In this document: in pieces, positions 36,445 through 47,860 of the stretch
How the letters are laid out: each line of letters starts with the position of its first letter
How positions within the stretch are numbered: the first letter of the stretch is position 1
Source of the DNA: Eledone cirrhosa
Lineage: Eukaryota
Length of the DNA stretch: 64,000 nt
Assembly: GCA_964016885.1 (NCBI GenBank)
Contig: OZ024754.1
Location: 25,978,001-26,042,000 of the forward strand
Direction of reading: 5' to 3'
The notes under the pieces: generated by a model
What the model was told of the DNA's origin: nothing
The model's database searches: none
What the model saw: only the letters and a program-made list of their open reading frames with translations
Translations under genes and position numbers: made by a program

Positions 36445-37510
36445 ACGTACATACATACATACATGGTGGCTGCCAACTCGTTTTCGAGTACGGCCACTAC
36501 TTTATATCCATGTAGGAGAACCCCTACTGATGCACTGAACGAGTGTGACTTTTTAGTCTAGCCAGCGACTTGAAAACTCTGGTACAAACACTACACTTGT
36601 GACAATTACTGACACATAGTGCTGGGCCCATGGTACCATGTGACGACAAGTGCAGAGAGATCTCCAGATATAAAGCAATGCCTGTGCCGTGAAGCTTTTA
36701 TAGTGAGCAAAGGCACTGCACAAAGCCAGTCCAACTCTCTTAACCAAGATGATATTTACCAAAAAGAAGAACAAGTCAACATCATTGGATACCATCAGGG
36801 TTGCAGGTGTTATATCAGAGTTTTCCTTCTCCTAGAATTCTGCCTTGACAAAGGCTAAGGGGTCATCTCTCCCAGTGATTTTGGATGGCCATTGACTCTT
36901 AAGAGCTCCTTTGCCCTTTGACAGGTTTTGTTTTTAGTCCTGCAGGATGTCCAAAGTCACCCTCCTCACCAAGAAACCTTGGTGGGGTTGCCAGTTTAGT
37001 CGCCAACGACCCGATCATGAGACAGGTTGTACTGGGATACATGTTACCAGTAGCACCAACTGGTGACCTGACATATACACATACATACATACATACATAC
37101 ATGATGGCTGCCAACTCGTTTTCGAGTACGGCCACTACTTTATATCCATGTAGGAGAACCCCTACCGATGCGCTGAACGAGTGTGACTTTTTAGTCCAGC
37201 CTGTGACATGAAAACTCTGGTACAAACACTACACTTGTGACAATTATTGACACATAGTGCTGGGCCCATGGTACCATGTGACGACAAGTGCAGAGAGATC
37301 TCCAGATATAAAGCAATGCCTGTGCCGTGAAGCTTTTATAATGAGCAAAGGCACTGCACAAAGCCAGTCCCACTCTCTTAACCAAGATGATATTTACCAA
37401 AAAGAAGAACAAGTCAACATCATTGGATACCATCAGGGTTGCAGGTGTTATATCAGAGTTTTCCTTCTCCTAGAATTCTTCCTTGACAAAGGCTAAGGGG
37501 TCATCTCTCA
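36445..37510 (-). mobile_element. Two tandem copies (offset 638 bp) of a non-autonomous retroposon sharing the BovB-like 3' tail
   Basis: 36463-36870 is nearly identical to 37101-37509. Both end GAGTTGGCAGCCA(C/T)C(ATGT)n on the minus strand. Diverged relatives at 45905-46235 and 51655-51900. Confidence 0.8.
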
Positions 37511-37516
37511 TACATA

Positions 37517-38148
37517 CATCATCATCATCATCATCATCAACGTTTAACGTCCGTGTTCCACGCTTGCATGGGTTTGGACGGGGGTAGTCCCACTTGAGGC
37601 AAGAGTGATTGTCTTGCTCGCATAGGACTGTCTGGCAGGTTTTCTACAGTTGGATGCCCTTCCTAACACCAACCACATTTACAGTGTGGGTCTGGGAGGT
37701 TTTTAGCGTGTTGCCTACACGGCCACATTACAGCGTGGACTGTGTGTTTTTTTGTCGTGACACCTACACGATCTCATTTGTTTCGGCCTGGATGGCACGG
37801 CACCAACATAACTTTACATAGAACGGGGTGGTGTGGATGGGGTGGGGGCGGTGGTGGTGGGACGGGGTGTATTTTGTTAGAGATGCCTACTGGCTGGAGT
37901 AGGTTTTACTATATATATTTAGGTAAGGCGGGTCTTCTCTGTTACTGAGTACCGCCAAAGGTCTCGGTCCAGTGACATTGTCTTGGAGAGGTGTAAGTGT
38001 GTGATGTCGGAGTTTATCAGCTCGTCCCAGGTTTTTCTAGGTCTGCCTATTCCGTGACTACCGTCTATCTTTATTGCCCTGCACTTTGTTATACAGCTAT
38101 CGACTTTCATGCGCATCACGTGTCCATACCAACGTAGCCTTCTCTCGA
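37517..38148 (-). mobile_element. RTE LINE 3' fragment with (GAT)n tail
   Basis: RRLRWYGHVMRM...GRPRKTWDELI on the minus strand; reverse complement of ~39205-39824. Confidence 0.9.
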
Positions 38149-38189
38149 GTAAACATACATATATATATGTGTGTGTGTGTGTGTATATA

Positions 38190-39824
38190 GAAGAAGTGCC
38201 TAGCTAAAAGTAAACCCCTCTACTTAGCTTTTGTTGACTTGGAGAAAGCCTTTGACAGAATCCCCCACTTCATTATCTGGTGGGTTCTTAGAAAACTAGT
38301 AGTAGATGAATGGCTTGTGAGAGCTATACAAGCCATGTATAGAGGAACAGTCAGTAAGGTTAGAATTAACAATGAATATAGTGAAGAATTTAGCGTAAAA
38401 GTAGGTGTTCATCAAGGCTCTGTCCTTAGCCCCCTCCTGTTTATTATTGCCCTACAGGCTATTTAAGACTGAATGCCCATGGGAACTTCTATATGCAGAT
38501 GATCTAACATTCATAGCTGAATCTATGGCTGAACTAGAGAAGAAATTCCAAACATGGAAGCATGGCCTAGAATCAAAAGGCCTTAAAGTTAACTTGTCTC
38601 AGACTAAAGTCCTAGTATGTAGAAAGGAAAATAGGGCAGAGGCGTCCTCTGGGAAATGGCCATGTTCAGTGTATAGGAAAGGAGTAGGTAGAAATTCCAT
38701 TCTATGCCCCAAATGCAAATTATGGGTACATGTAATGGGATCACAGGCAGGCTATCTAAGAATGTAGATTTTATATGTGCCCAATGCTCAGGTGCAATAA
38801 GCAACGAGTGCCCACTGGATACTAGCTCCTTCAACTGCCCAGATGTTTCTATAGAAATCATAGGCACTTTCCGTTACCAGGGTGACAAAATCAGCAGTGG
38901 AGGAGGGTGCTCTGAAAGTACAGTAGCCAGAGTTAGAACGGGATGGAAAATGTTCAGAGAGCTAATACCGCTGTTGGCCACAAAAGGTTTCTCTCTAAAA
39001 ATGAAAGGCAGATTGTATGATGCTTGTAAACGAACAGTTATGTTACATGGCAGTGAGACCTGGGCGTTGTGTGCAGAGGACCTGTGCAGATTGGAAAGGA
39101 ACGAAGCATGCATGCTCCATTGGATGTGTAATAGTAATATACACAAATGGCAAAACATAAACGAACTAAGTGAGAAATTATGAATAAGAGGGATCAGATG
39201 CTGTTTACTTAAGAGGAGATTACGTTGGTATGGTCACGTGATGTGCATGAAAGACGACAGCTGTATAAAAAGTGCAGGGCGATCAAAATTGATGGAAGCT
39301 ATGGTGTAGGTAGACCCAGAAAAACCTAGAATGACATGATAAAATCTGACCTTGCTCACTTACACCTCTCTAAGACAATGTCACTGGATCGAGATCTTTG
39401 GCACTACGCAATAATATAGAAGACCCGCCTTCCCTACGTGCAAAGTTAACCTACAGTCAGTAGGCCCCTCTTAACCAAATATACACCCCAACTGGCACAC
39501 CCTACTCCATCTTCCCACCCCCATCAACACCATCCTTTCTCTGTAAAGTTATGTTGGTACCACAGAATATCCAGTCCACACTAAGGCGGTTGTGTAGGTG
39601 TCACGACAAAAAACACAATCCACGCTGTAATGTGGCCGTGTAGGTAACACGGTAAAAACCTCCCAGTCCACACTGTAAATGTGGTTGGTGTTAGGAAGGG
39701 CATCCAGCCGTAGAAAACCTGCCAGACAGTCCTATATGACCGATCAATCTTGCTTCGAGTGGGACAATTCCCATCTAACCCATGCTAGCGTGGAACATAG
39801 ACGTTAAACAATGATGATGATGAT
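38190..39824 (+). mobile_element. RTE LINE, 5'-truncated, frameshifted
   Basis: LAFVDLEKAFDRIP, GVHQGSVLSPLLF, ELLYADDL, MLHGSETW, RRLRWYGHV; tail GGACGTTAAACAAT(GAT)n-like. Confidence 0.93.
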
Positions 39825-40066
39825 AATATATAATATATTTATAGCATGAATACATACTTATACATTTATCTTTTCATCTAGTTATTGTTCATCAGTATAT
39901 TATTTATCAAGGAGTAAACCCTTCTACTATCTATCTATCTATCAATACATCTACCTATCTATGTATATATCTATTTATCGTTCTATGATTTATATATCCA
40001 GGAATAAGCTGCTATGTTTAACATTTGTTAATCTTGAAATCTGACTGTTTCTCTTTGATCTGACAG

Positions 40067-40152
40067 ATCCCATTTCCAGCATCAACCATAAATTCCAACA
40101 TGACTGTCAAACAGAAGCTTATTGAAATCCAGAAATACATGATAGCACTTGA
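40067..40152 (+). CDS. VASH: Vasohibin coding exon 2
   Basis: tgacag|IPFPASTINSNMTVKQKLIEIQKYMIAL+GA|GTATCCTTT. Aligns with vasohibin IPIP...RLEAVQRYIRELQ. Confidence 0.9.
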
Positions 40153-41034
40153 GTATCCTTTGTAATGAAAAATTGGAATTCTGTTTATTGGCTGGGTGGG
40201 GTTGGGAGGTAATGTTATTCTGGAGCATGAATGATGAAGCACAAATGAGCTTAGAAAAAAAAATTGGGTATGAAAAGAATCAGATATAGTGTGCAAGAAA
40301 AAAGTTTGTGCTGGTATGTGCATCAATGATGATCGTTGGGTGAAGAAGAAATGCCTGTAGTTCTCAGTAGAAGGAAACTAAAGAAGAGGAAGACCTGGGT
40401 AGAAGAAGTGGTGAAAGGGGAACTCAAGATGTTGAACTTGACAAAGGAGTTGATAACAGAAGGAGGCAAGTGGATGGGAGCTAAAGAAGAGGAAGATCTA
40501 GGCAGAAGAAGTGGTGAAAGTGGAGCTCAAGATACTGAACTTGGCAAAGGAGTTGATGAAGGAAAGAGGCAAGTGGATGGGAGAAGCAGTGATAATGGTT
40601 TCTGATTTAGGCACAAGGGGATGGAAAACTCAATTAAATCTACCCCAGTGGTGCTTTATTTTATCGACTCCGTAAGGATGAAAAGCAAAGCTAACCTCGG
40701 CGGGATTTGAACTCAGAACATATAGAGCTGTAACTATGCCGTGAAACATGGTGTCCAACGCTCGACTGATTACTGTCAATCCACCGCTCTAAGGATTCAC
40801 AATAATTGTTTCTACTTTTGGCACAAAGCCAGCAATTATTCCAGTACGTTACTGGTACTCTATTTTATCGACCCCGTAAGGATGAAAAGCAAAGTTAACC
40901 TCGGCGGGATTTGAGCTCAGACTATAAAGGGGCGTAACTCTAGGCTGCAAAGCATGGCCTCAGAAAAAAAAAACAAAAAGAAAAAACAAATAATCTGCTT
41001 TAATATTAGCTTATTTTTCCTTGACAAATTCTAG
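40153..41034 (+). other. VASH: U12-type GT-AG intron (phase 2)
   Basis: Donor GTATCCTTT; branch TTTTTCCTTGAC at 41014-41025, branch A 10 nt from the AG. Splicing keeps the frame (E-YNYTGTQFF). Confidence 0.93.
40590..40960 (-). mobile_element. Two tandem tRNA-derived SINEs
   Basis: The core TTTATCGAC.CCGTAAGGATGAAAAGCAAAG..AACCTCGGCGGGATTTGA occurs twice (~40660 and ~40865). Confidence 0.85.
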
Positions 41035-41091
41035 ATATAATTATACTGGAACCCAGTTCTTCCACATCCAGAAATCTAAACCTCTCTGTTT
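41035..41091 (+). CDS. VASH: Vasohibin coding exon 3
   Basis: YNYTGTQFFHIQKSKPLC versus vasohibin YNHTGTQFFEIKKSRPL; donor GTAAGT. Confidence 0.95.
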
Positions 41092-41495
41092 GTAAGTATG
41101 ACTTGTTTGTTTGGTTTAGAAAGATGAGTAGCTTCCTGTTTGTTTACATGTATGGATGTGTGATGTTAGTGTAAGTGAATGGTGAAATAGGGTGAAATGT
41201 AGTTAAATAGGGTGAGCTGAGAGAGAAACTGGGTATAAGTAGAATTAGATGGAGCATACAGGAGAGATGGTTGCTACTGGTATGAATGTGGATGGATGAT
41301 GATCATTGAGTGGGTGCCATAGTTCCTTGCAGAAAGAAGCTGTGAAAGACCAAGGAAGACGCTGCAAGGATTTCAAGAATCCACACCTTACAAAGGAGAT
41401 GGTGAAAGAAAGAAACTAGTGAAAGGACATTATGTTGGAAGAGAGGAGACTGTACTGGTATATTTTTATGGCATGTTGTATATAAGCTATTCTTA

Positions 41496-41748
41496 TATAC
41501 TAGTAAAAGAGTCCGTCGTTACCAACACACCTTTCGCCAGTGTAAATAAAGACCCCTCCTCTCTCCTCAACATTACTGTTTGTGAATAGCCCCAGAACTC
41601 TGCTATTTTGGGAGAGAGGGAAAGATTTAAACTATATTATGACATGCTCTGGGAGCTAAATAATCTATATATCAAATTTGAACAAAATCGGATGGAAACT
41701 GTGGAAGTGCATCACCTTCATACAGACATATTTTCATTTATATATATA
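41496..41748 (+). mobile_element. Possible non-autonomous Helitron-like element
   Basis: Starts TATACTAG and ends ...AAAATCGG...CATACAGACATATTTTCATTTATATATAT, a pattern typical of small invertebrate Helitron-like repeats. Single copy in this window. Confidence 0.35.
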
Positions 41749-41765
41749 TGTATTATGTATTTCAG

Positions 41766-41840
41766 CCTAATGGAAACAGCTAGAGAAATCATGAGGGAAT
41801 GCCTTCCTATTAAATGTCTAGAAGCTGTTATATTGGCTAT
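41766..41840 (+). CDS. VASH: Vasohibin coding exon 4 (catalytic Cys)
   Basis: LMETAREIMRECLPIKCLEAVILA; catalytic Cys codon at 41815-41817 in the PIKCLEA motif. Confidence 0.97.
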
Positions 41841-41877
41841 GTATCCTTTTTAACTTCGAGATCCTTTCATTAACATA

Positions 41878-42330
41878 CAGTGAAACCTCGCAGTATGACT
41901 TTAACTCGTTCCATGACCGAGTTCATTTTATGAATCACTCGTTTTACAAATCAATTTTCCCCCATTCAAATTAATTAAAATATAAATAATCCGTTCCAGC
42001 CCCACAAAACCACCCAAAAATCATTCTTTATGGGTTTTCTTCCACTAATTATTATAAAATGATAGCAAAAAATACACAAAACTAAAAAAAAAAAAGAGGC
42101 AAACACAATAGAGATACTGTCACAATGAGATAAACATGTGAACTGAGCAAGCAGAGGCTGTGCTTGTTAGAAGAGTGTGTGTGAGCTCAGCACAGACTAG
42201 CAGTTGCTTGTATGAAACACGCTCGTACTGCAGATTTCCACTCGTACTACAAGACAAAAATTCACACAAGCCTCAGCTCGTGCAGCAAATTACTGGTACA
42301 ATGGGGCACTCATACTGCGAGGTTCTACTG
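41878..42330. mobile_element. Tc1/mariner (Tigger-like) MITE
   Basis: TA|CAGTGAAACCTCGCAGTATGA ... TCATACTGCGAGGTTCTACTG|TA. Confidence 0.9.
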
Positions 42331-42341
42331 TATTTCATTAA

Positions 42342-42772
42342 CTCGTTATCATTTGCTATTATATTTTCGCAGTAAAGGTTTTATCTCGTATAATTTCAAA
42401 TCTATCAAGATTTTAATCATGTTATTGTTTATTTTCAGAATGATATTTTAATGTCAATATGAGTGGTTGGTTATGGCCAGTTTGAACAGAAAAAAGGGGA
42501 GAGAATTTTGGTCGGATATGACCGGTTTAACCCTTTAAGCATTTAAACCAGCCATACCTGGCCAGAATTCTCTCACCTCTTTCTGTTCAAACCGACCATA
42601 ACCAGCCGCTCATACTTATGTTAAGGTATTGTTCTCAAAATAAATAATATAAAAATCTCATAGATTTGATATTATGTGAAATAATTATGTGAGGTAAAGC
42701 CTTTTCTGTGAAAATACAATACAATAGTATATATAGAGTCATGTGAATGCAAAAGGGTTAAATGCTAAAAAG
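42342..42772. mobile_element. piggyBac-like MITE containing an inverted copy of its own family (42531-42757)
   Basis: Inner copy TTAA|CCCTTTAAGCATT...AATGCAAAAGGG|TTAA sits in a TTAA inside the outer copy's terminus (ACCGGT-TTAA-ATGCTAAAAAG|TTAA). Confidence 0.85.
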
Positions 42773-42776
42773 TTAA

Positions 42777-42995
42777 CCCTTTCATTAACATATTTCTAAT
42801 GAAATACACTGCCTATAATTTAATTTACAAATAATTTTGAAAATAATCTAGAATTTGGAGTTATATAGCTAACTTAGAACTAACCTTCTTCTTATTAATC
42901 AGGTGTTTGGGACATAACTTCACAAAGGTAATTACATAAAATTATGATGAAAGATTCTGTGATAAATATAGACACTTTAAAACCAATTAATTGTA
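42777..42995 (+). mobile_element. Second TTAA-type MITE family (related copy at ~45016-45215)
   Basis: TTAA|CCCTTTCATTAACATATTTCTAATGAAATACACT resembles CCCTTTCATGACTATATTTCTAATAAAATACACT at ~45018. Right end is approximate. Confidence 0.6.
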
Positions 42996-43124
42996 AGGTG
43001 ATTGGTGTTAAAAAAAAAGGATTTAGAGGACTCTTCTGGTGCGTCAAGGACATGATATTCTCCCTAGTGCTGGTGCCATGATAAAATACACCCCGTACAA
43101 TCTGTAAAGTTCTGGAGCATATGT

Positions 43125-43569
43125 AACTAGACCTGAAAAATGCGCAAGCTCAAAAGAGCCACAGAATGTTATCATAAACCTTCAAAAGTGTGGGACTAGA
43201 GTTGTTCAAAAATATTGTAATCATTATCTATCGTACACTCTGTGGCATCCTTTTATAAAAAAAAGACTCATAATGAACTCAAGACGACACGATAATTATT
43301 TAAGCTAATGTTCAATATCTCATATTAGATGTTTAGTAATGATTAATACGAAATGCACTTAAACCGAATTCTATATTATAAATTCACTTAAATAATTATC
43401 ATGTCGTCTTGAGTTCGTTATGAGTCTCTTTTTTATAAAAGGATGCCACAGAGTGTACGATAGATAATGATTACAATATTTTTGAGCCACAACTCTAGTC
43501 CCACACTTTTGAAGGTTTATTATAACATTCTGTGGCTCTTTTGAGCTTGCGCATTTTTCAGGTCTAGTT
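43125..43569. repeat. Foldback with ~180-bp inverted arms and ~83-bp spacer
   Basis: 43125-43303 is the reverse complement of 43387-43569 with only a few differences. Confidence 0.95.
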
Positions 43570-44435
43570 TAATATCTTTTTAAAGCAACGCTTGTAAAAA
43601 CTCTAGTTAAACATGATATATATTAATAATAAATTATTGTTGTAATGTAATTAGATTATATAATTGTTATTTTATAAATGATCTTATAAATATTATTGTA
43701 AGATGTATAAAAATATTTTCAGACTTTTAATATAAACAACTACAAAAAGCAATCAATATTAAATGAATATATTTTACATAATAATTGTTATAGTTGAATT
43801 AATAAAAATTAAATATTATATACAAATAGTCTAACATAATAATAAAAAAATAATCTAAAATAATAATAATAAAATAATCTAACATAAAACGAACAATAAT
43901 ATGGACAAATATACAAGTAAATATGATGCAACCAATATTATAAGCATGTTATAATGAACTGAAAAAAAAAAATAGTTAATATAAATTTAAAAAATCATAT
44001 ATAAATTAACAATATAACTTACCAAAACGAGAAAAATATTTTGATGATAAACGACGAAATGCAGGAGGAAGATTCGAAAGCAAAACGATAAATAAACGTG
44101 CAAACAAAGTGGCAGATGCTTTTGAGCAACAATTACTCTCATTGGTTGATTAGCCAATAAGACGATGAAATTAGCCAATAAGATGATACATTACAAAAGA
44201 TGTTTGGCAGGGATCACCACGGCCAGCGAAACCCCTTGAATTTTTTATTCACAAGCTACGTATATATGTCAGACATGCAGTCTTAAAACATTCTGTTGTT
44301 AGTCACTGCGTGTCTAACAGATTGAGATGTGGGCTCCCAGCTAGTGAGAAAGGTCAATAACTCTGGACAACTCATGCTAGACTGTCAGAGAATGACTTTA
44401 AATCAATTAAAGTGCCTTTTTCTGGAGGTGGTTGA

Positions 44436-44667
44436 GCCTGACTGGGGGAGGGGGTGCCTGAATGGAGGTGGGTGTGCCTGACTAAAGATGGGTGTGCCTG
44501 ATTGGAGATGGGTGTGTCTGACTGGAGGTGGGTGTGCCTGATTGGAGATGGGTGTGCCTAACTAGAGATGGGTGTGCCTGACTGGAGGTGGGTGTACCTG
44601 ACTGGAGGTGGGTGTGCCTGACTGGAGGTGGGTGTGCCTGACTGGAGGTGGGTGTACCTGACTGGAG
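44436..44667. repeat. 20-bp G-rich minisatellite (~11 copies of GCCTGACTGGAGGTGGGTGT)
   Basis: Direct reading. Confidence 0.95.
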
Positions 44668-44709
44668 TCAACCAATGAAAGACTGAATAATTTCCTGAAC
44701 TAGACAAAG

Positions 44710-44881
44710 TTATATGACCAATGGAATCCCAGAACTTCAGAGATTTTCAATTGGTTTTAAGACGACTTTTAAAACTGTGGAATATCGGCATGTTGTGTTG
44801 GGTCTTTACTACAAAGGAGAATATGGTGCCCTTGGCATGAGTCGCAGGAAACAACTCATGTATAAGCCATTGGTCTACAAG
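44710..44881 (+). CDS. VASH: Vasohibin coding exon 5 (catalytic His)
   Basis: YMTNGIPELQRFSIGFKT...YRHVVLG...YGALGMSRRKQLMYKP; His codon at 44789-44791; donor GTGAGA. Confidence 0.97.
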
Positions 44882-45672
44882 GTGAGATCATTTTTCTTAA
44901 CGATATTATACCATGTTCTTGAGATATATGTCGCATTGTGTGTTCTTATTTGGGTGGGTGGGGGAATATACTATCATCATCATCAACATCATCATATTCA
45001 TCTTCATCATCATCAACCCTTTCATGACTATATTTCTAATAAAATACACTATTTCGATTAATTGATGAAGAATTTCATGGAGTTTACTAAAATTATTAAT
45101 TATTTCCTTACTAAGATAGTAACTTAATGTAAGTTTCTAATATAAAATTATGTTGGAAGATTTTAATTTAGATTGGGAACCTTTAAAATGGGTGGCTTTA
45201 TTTCATAGAATCAGAGCCAGTTCTCCCCCTTTTGGGGAATTCTGTTTGTATTTTCATTGTTTATTGTTTATTGTTGTTTTTATTTTTTTACTCAATTTTT
45301 TGTAACACCCCCTGCTGGCCCTGTCTGTTTGTATTGTCCCCTATATGTAGGAAATAATTGTTATTATTGAACCTTTAGATTGGAGGAGTACAACTGAGGC
45401 AGGGCACTTACCCTAAAGATCGGGGCATCCATGATTTTATGGGGTTTTTTCCACGAATCACTCTCGAATGTCTCCTCCCTATTGAGGAACCTTCTTTGTT
45501 TTAATTTTATTGTTATCTTTTTTTTTATTAACATTGTTAAAATTTGTTTACACGCAAAACCCACACACCAACACACACACAGACATACAGACACTATGTT
45601 TTTGTGCTGTAAACTTTCTTGATGTAAACTGTTTGTGGTTAATAAGGAAGCCATTATTATTATCATTTTCAG

Positions 45673-45718
45673 AGTTTACATGAACTGATACTAAATTATG
45701 AAATGTCTTACAAGGAGT
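45673..45718 (+). CDS. VASH: Vasohibin coding exon 6
   Basis: ttttcag|SLHELILNYEMSYKE+T|GTAAGT; compare vasohibin TLSELVLDFEAAY. Confidence 0.9.
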
Positions 45719-45904
45719 GTAAGTTGTTTATTTTATCAGTTAAAATGGTATAAGGGGGCAGTCAATTGCTCCAAAGGTAAGACTGCAGGAATTCATATTC
45801 AATGGTTACAACTTCGTAATGAAGCCTCGAGCTTTCTGGTTAAACATGTGTATGCATGTGTGTATGTATATATGTGTGTATGTTGTTTTTGTTTTGTGGA
45901 GTGA

Positions 45905-46235
45905 GAGACCCCTAGTTTTCATTAAAACATCTCTCTAGGAGAAGGTCACTCTGATATAAAACCTGTGACTTCATTTGCATCCAATGATGTAGATCAGTTC
46001 TTCTTTTTGGAGTAAATGCATTTGGTGTTCAGAGAGTGGGATTGGCCCCGTGCAAAGCCTTTCCTCACTTAAAAAAACTTCAAGCACTGGCATCGCTTGA
46101 TATTTAACATTTTTTGCGATGTATGGTATTGCTGGCCATAGGCAAGTCCCTAGCTCGACTAAAAAACACATCTGTGATGCTCATGCTTAAGTATCATGCA
46201 ATGGCATTACTCAAAATTGAGTTGCAGCCATCATG
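45905..46235 (+). mobile_element. Non-autonomous retroposon copy (family of 36445-37510)
   Basis: CTAGGAGAAGG..CTCTGATATAA..CCAATGATG..GAGAGTGGGA.TGGC and tail GAGTTGCAGCCATC(ATGT)n. Confidence 0.7.
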
Positions 46236-46411
46236 TATGTATGTATGTGTGTGTGTGTGTGTGTGTATGTATGTACTTATGTATTATGTACATATGTATA
46301 TATGTGTGTGCGTATGTATGTATGTATTTATGTATGTATGAATGTTTGTGTGTATGTCTGTTTATGTGTATGTATATGTGTATGTCTTGTGTGTATGGCT
46401 ATGTATGTATG

Positions 46412-46700
46412 TAAGAAGTGTTTTAAGGACTGTGTCAAAGACTCGTTGTTACAACTTGATCTCACGACTGGGAGGTGGAGGCTAGTGACAGAAACAAGTG
46501 GGGATCAAATGGGGAGTGGGGATCATTCCATGCAAAGAAAATAAGCTGGACAAAAACCAAAAGAGCTGCCCACAAAGGAGAGAAACTAGACCCAGCAGTT
46601 CCTCAGTTTGTTTGCCATGAGTGTGGCTGAATATATCTGTCAAACACAGGACTCCAAAGCCACCTCAGGTGTGACATAGACAACCTGCCAACAGAGTATG
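46412..46700 (+). mobile_element. Degraded RTE-BovB-like 3' fragment
   Basis: FKDCVKDSL and a decayed C2H2 finger (FVCHECG..YLSNTGLQSHLR). Confidence 0.6.
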
Positions 46701-46714
46701 ATAAGTTCATTGTT

Positions 46715-46940
46715 GTGGTGATGATGATGATGACAATGGTGACAATAGTGATGGTGATGATGATGATTGTGATGATGATGGTGATGATGATGATGATGAT
46801 GATGGTTGACAAAAGTGATGATGGTGATGGTAATGACAATGTTGACAATAGTGATGATGGTGATGATGATGACGATAATGGTGATGATGACAAAACTGTT
46901 GACAATAGTGATGATGATAGTGATGGTGATGATGATGATT
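46715..46940. repeat. (GAT/GGT)n low-complexity tract
   Basis: Direct reading. Confidence 0.9.
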
Positions 46941-47000
46941 TGTATTTCAATTGTTCATCTATTTCTGTTTTCTTCTATTTCATCTCCCCCACCCCCCCAG

Positions 47001-47080
47001 ATTGTCACAAAATCATCAAAATCCACATTGGTTTACCTGTTACTCATAACCCTACATCTTGTAAAAGTATTATATGGAAG
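47001..47080 (+). CDS. VASH: Vasohibin coding exon 7
   Basis: CHKIIKIHIGLPVTHNPTSCKSIIWK versus vasohibin WHVLKKVKLGQSVSHDPHSVEQIEWK; phases 1 and 0 are consistent with neighbours. Confidence 0.93.
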
Positions 47081-47476
47081 GTAAGACAAACTATTGTTGT
47101 TGTTATTGTTGGGATGGTGGTGGGGACAGAGGTGGTTGTTGTGGTGGAGTCAGATGTGGTTGTTGTGATGGTGGTGGTGGATTCAGTTGTGGTGGTGGGA
47201 CAGAGGTGGTGTTGGTGGTATGTGTATGTATTGTGTGTATGGTTCCGTAACTCCTAATAGAGTCGTAGAGGCGCCGTACTGACATATGACATTTCTTGGG
47301 CATTTTTAAGCCTGGTGGAGCCCATCTCTCTCCAGGCCAGAGTACAGCAGACTTCTAGAGAAAGATAGAAAATGAAAGAGAGGAAATGAGAAAGAAATAT
47401 AAAAGAAGAATTGACCCCAGTACTAGACTGGTACTTTTAGATGATGCTAATGATTACCAAATATGTTTTATTCTAG

Positions 47477-47560
47477 GGTATCATCCTCAATGTACATAGC
47501 ATGGAACCAACAGAGCTCTGCAAGAAACTTCAGAAATATGCACGAGTTATTAAAAAAACA
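47477..47560 (+). CDS. VASH: Vasohibin coding exon 8
   Basis: ttctag|GIILNVHSMEPTELCKKLQKYARVIKKT|GTAAGT; compare vasohibin SVLDVERL...RKELERHARDMR. Confidence 0.88.
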
Positions 47561-47860
47561 GTAAGTATTTTTTGTGAATAAAACAATTATTTTCTTTACT
47601 CCTCACTCCCACTGCTACCACCTTCATCAGCATCACAACCACCGGCATCACTAACATCACCAACACCACCAAAACCATCTTAACCACAACCACCAGTATC
47701 ACCAACATCAGTAACATCACCAATACCATCCCAACTGCAACGACCAGCATCACTAACACCACTAACCACCAAAACCACCACCAGTGGGACTTATGTGAAA
47801 TTCCTATTAATTGTATTTTTGAATATAGTAATGTATGTTGGAACTTATGTTTCATTTCAG

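Larger units (their letters stand above)
41841..44709 (+). other. VASH: U12-type GT-AG intron (phase 2)
   Basis: Donor GTATCCTTTT; branch-like TTTCCTGAAC at 44691-44700; purine-rich acceptor ACAAAG with no pyrimidine tract. Splicing gives AI-YMTN in frame. Confidence 0.9.

Noticed and set aside
36985-37070. Possible HDV-like ribozyme at the 5' end of the non-autonomous retroposon (CCAGTT/AACTGG, TCG-ttgg-CGA, CTAA)
   Set aside because: I could not build a canonical P1/P3/L3 nested pseudoknot by eye. It needs a descriptor search on the family consensus.
43130-43165. CTGAAAA...AAAAGAGC as a hammerhead in the foldback arm
   Set aside because: Uncompensated core mismatch, and no GAAA or valid stems II and III.
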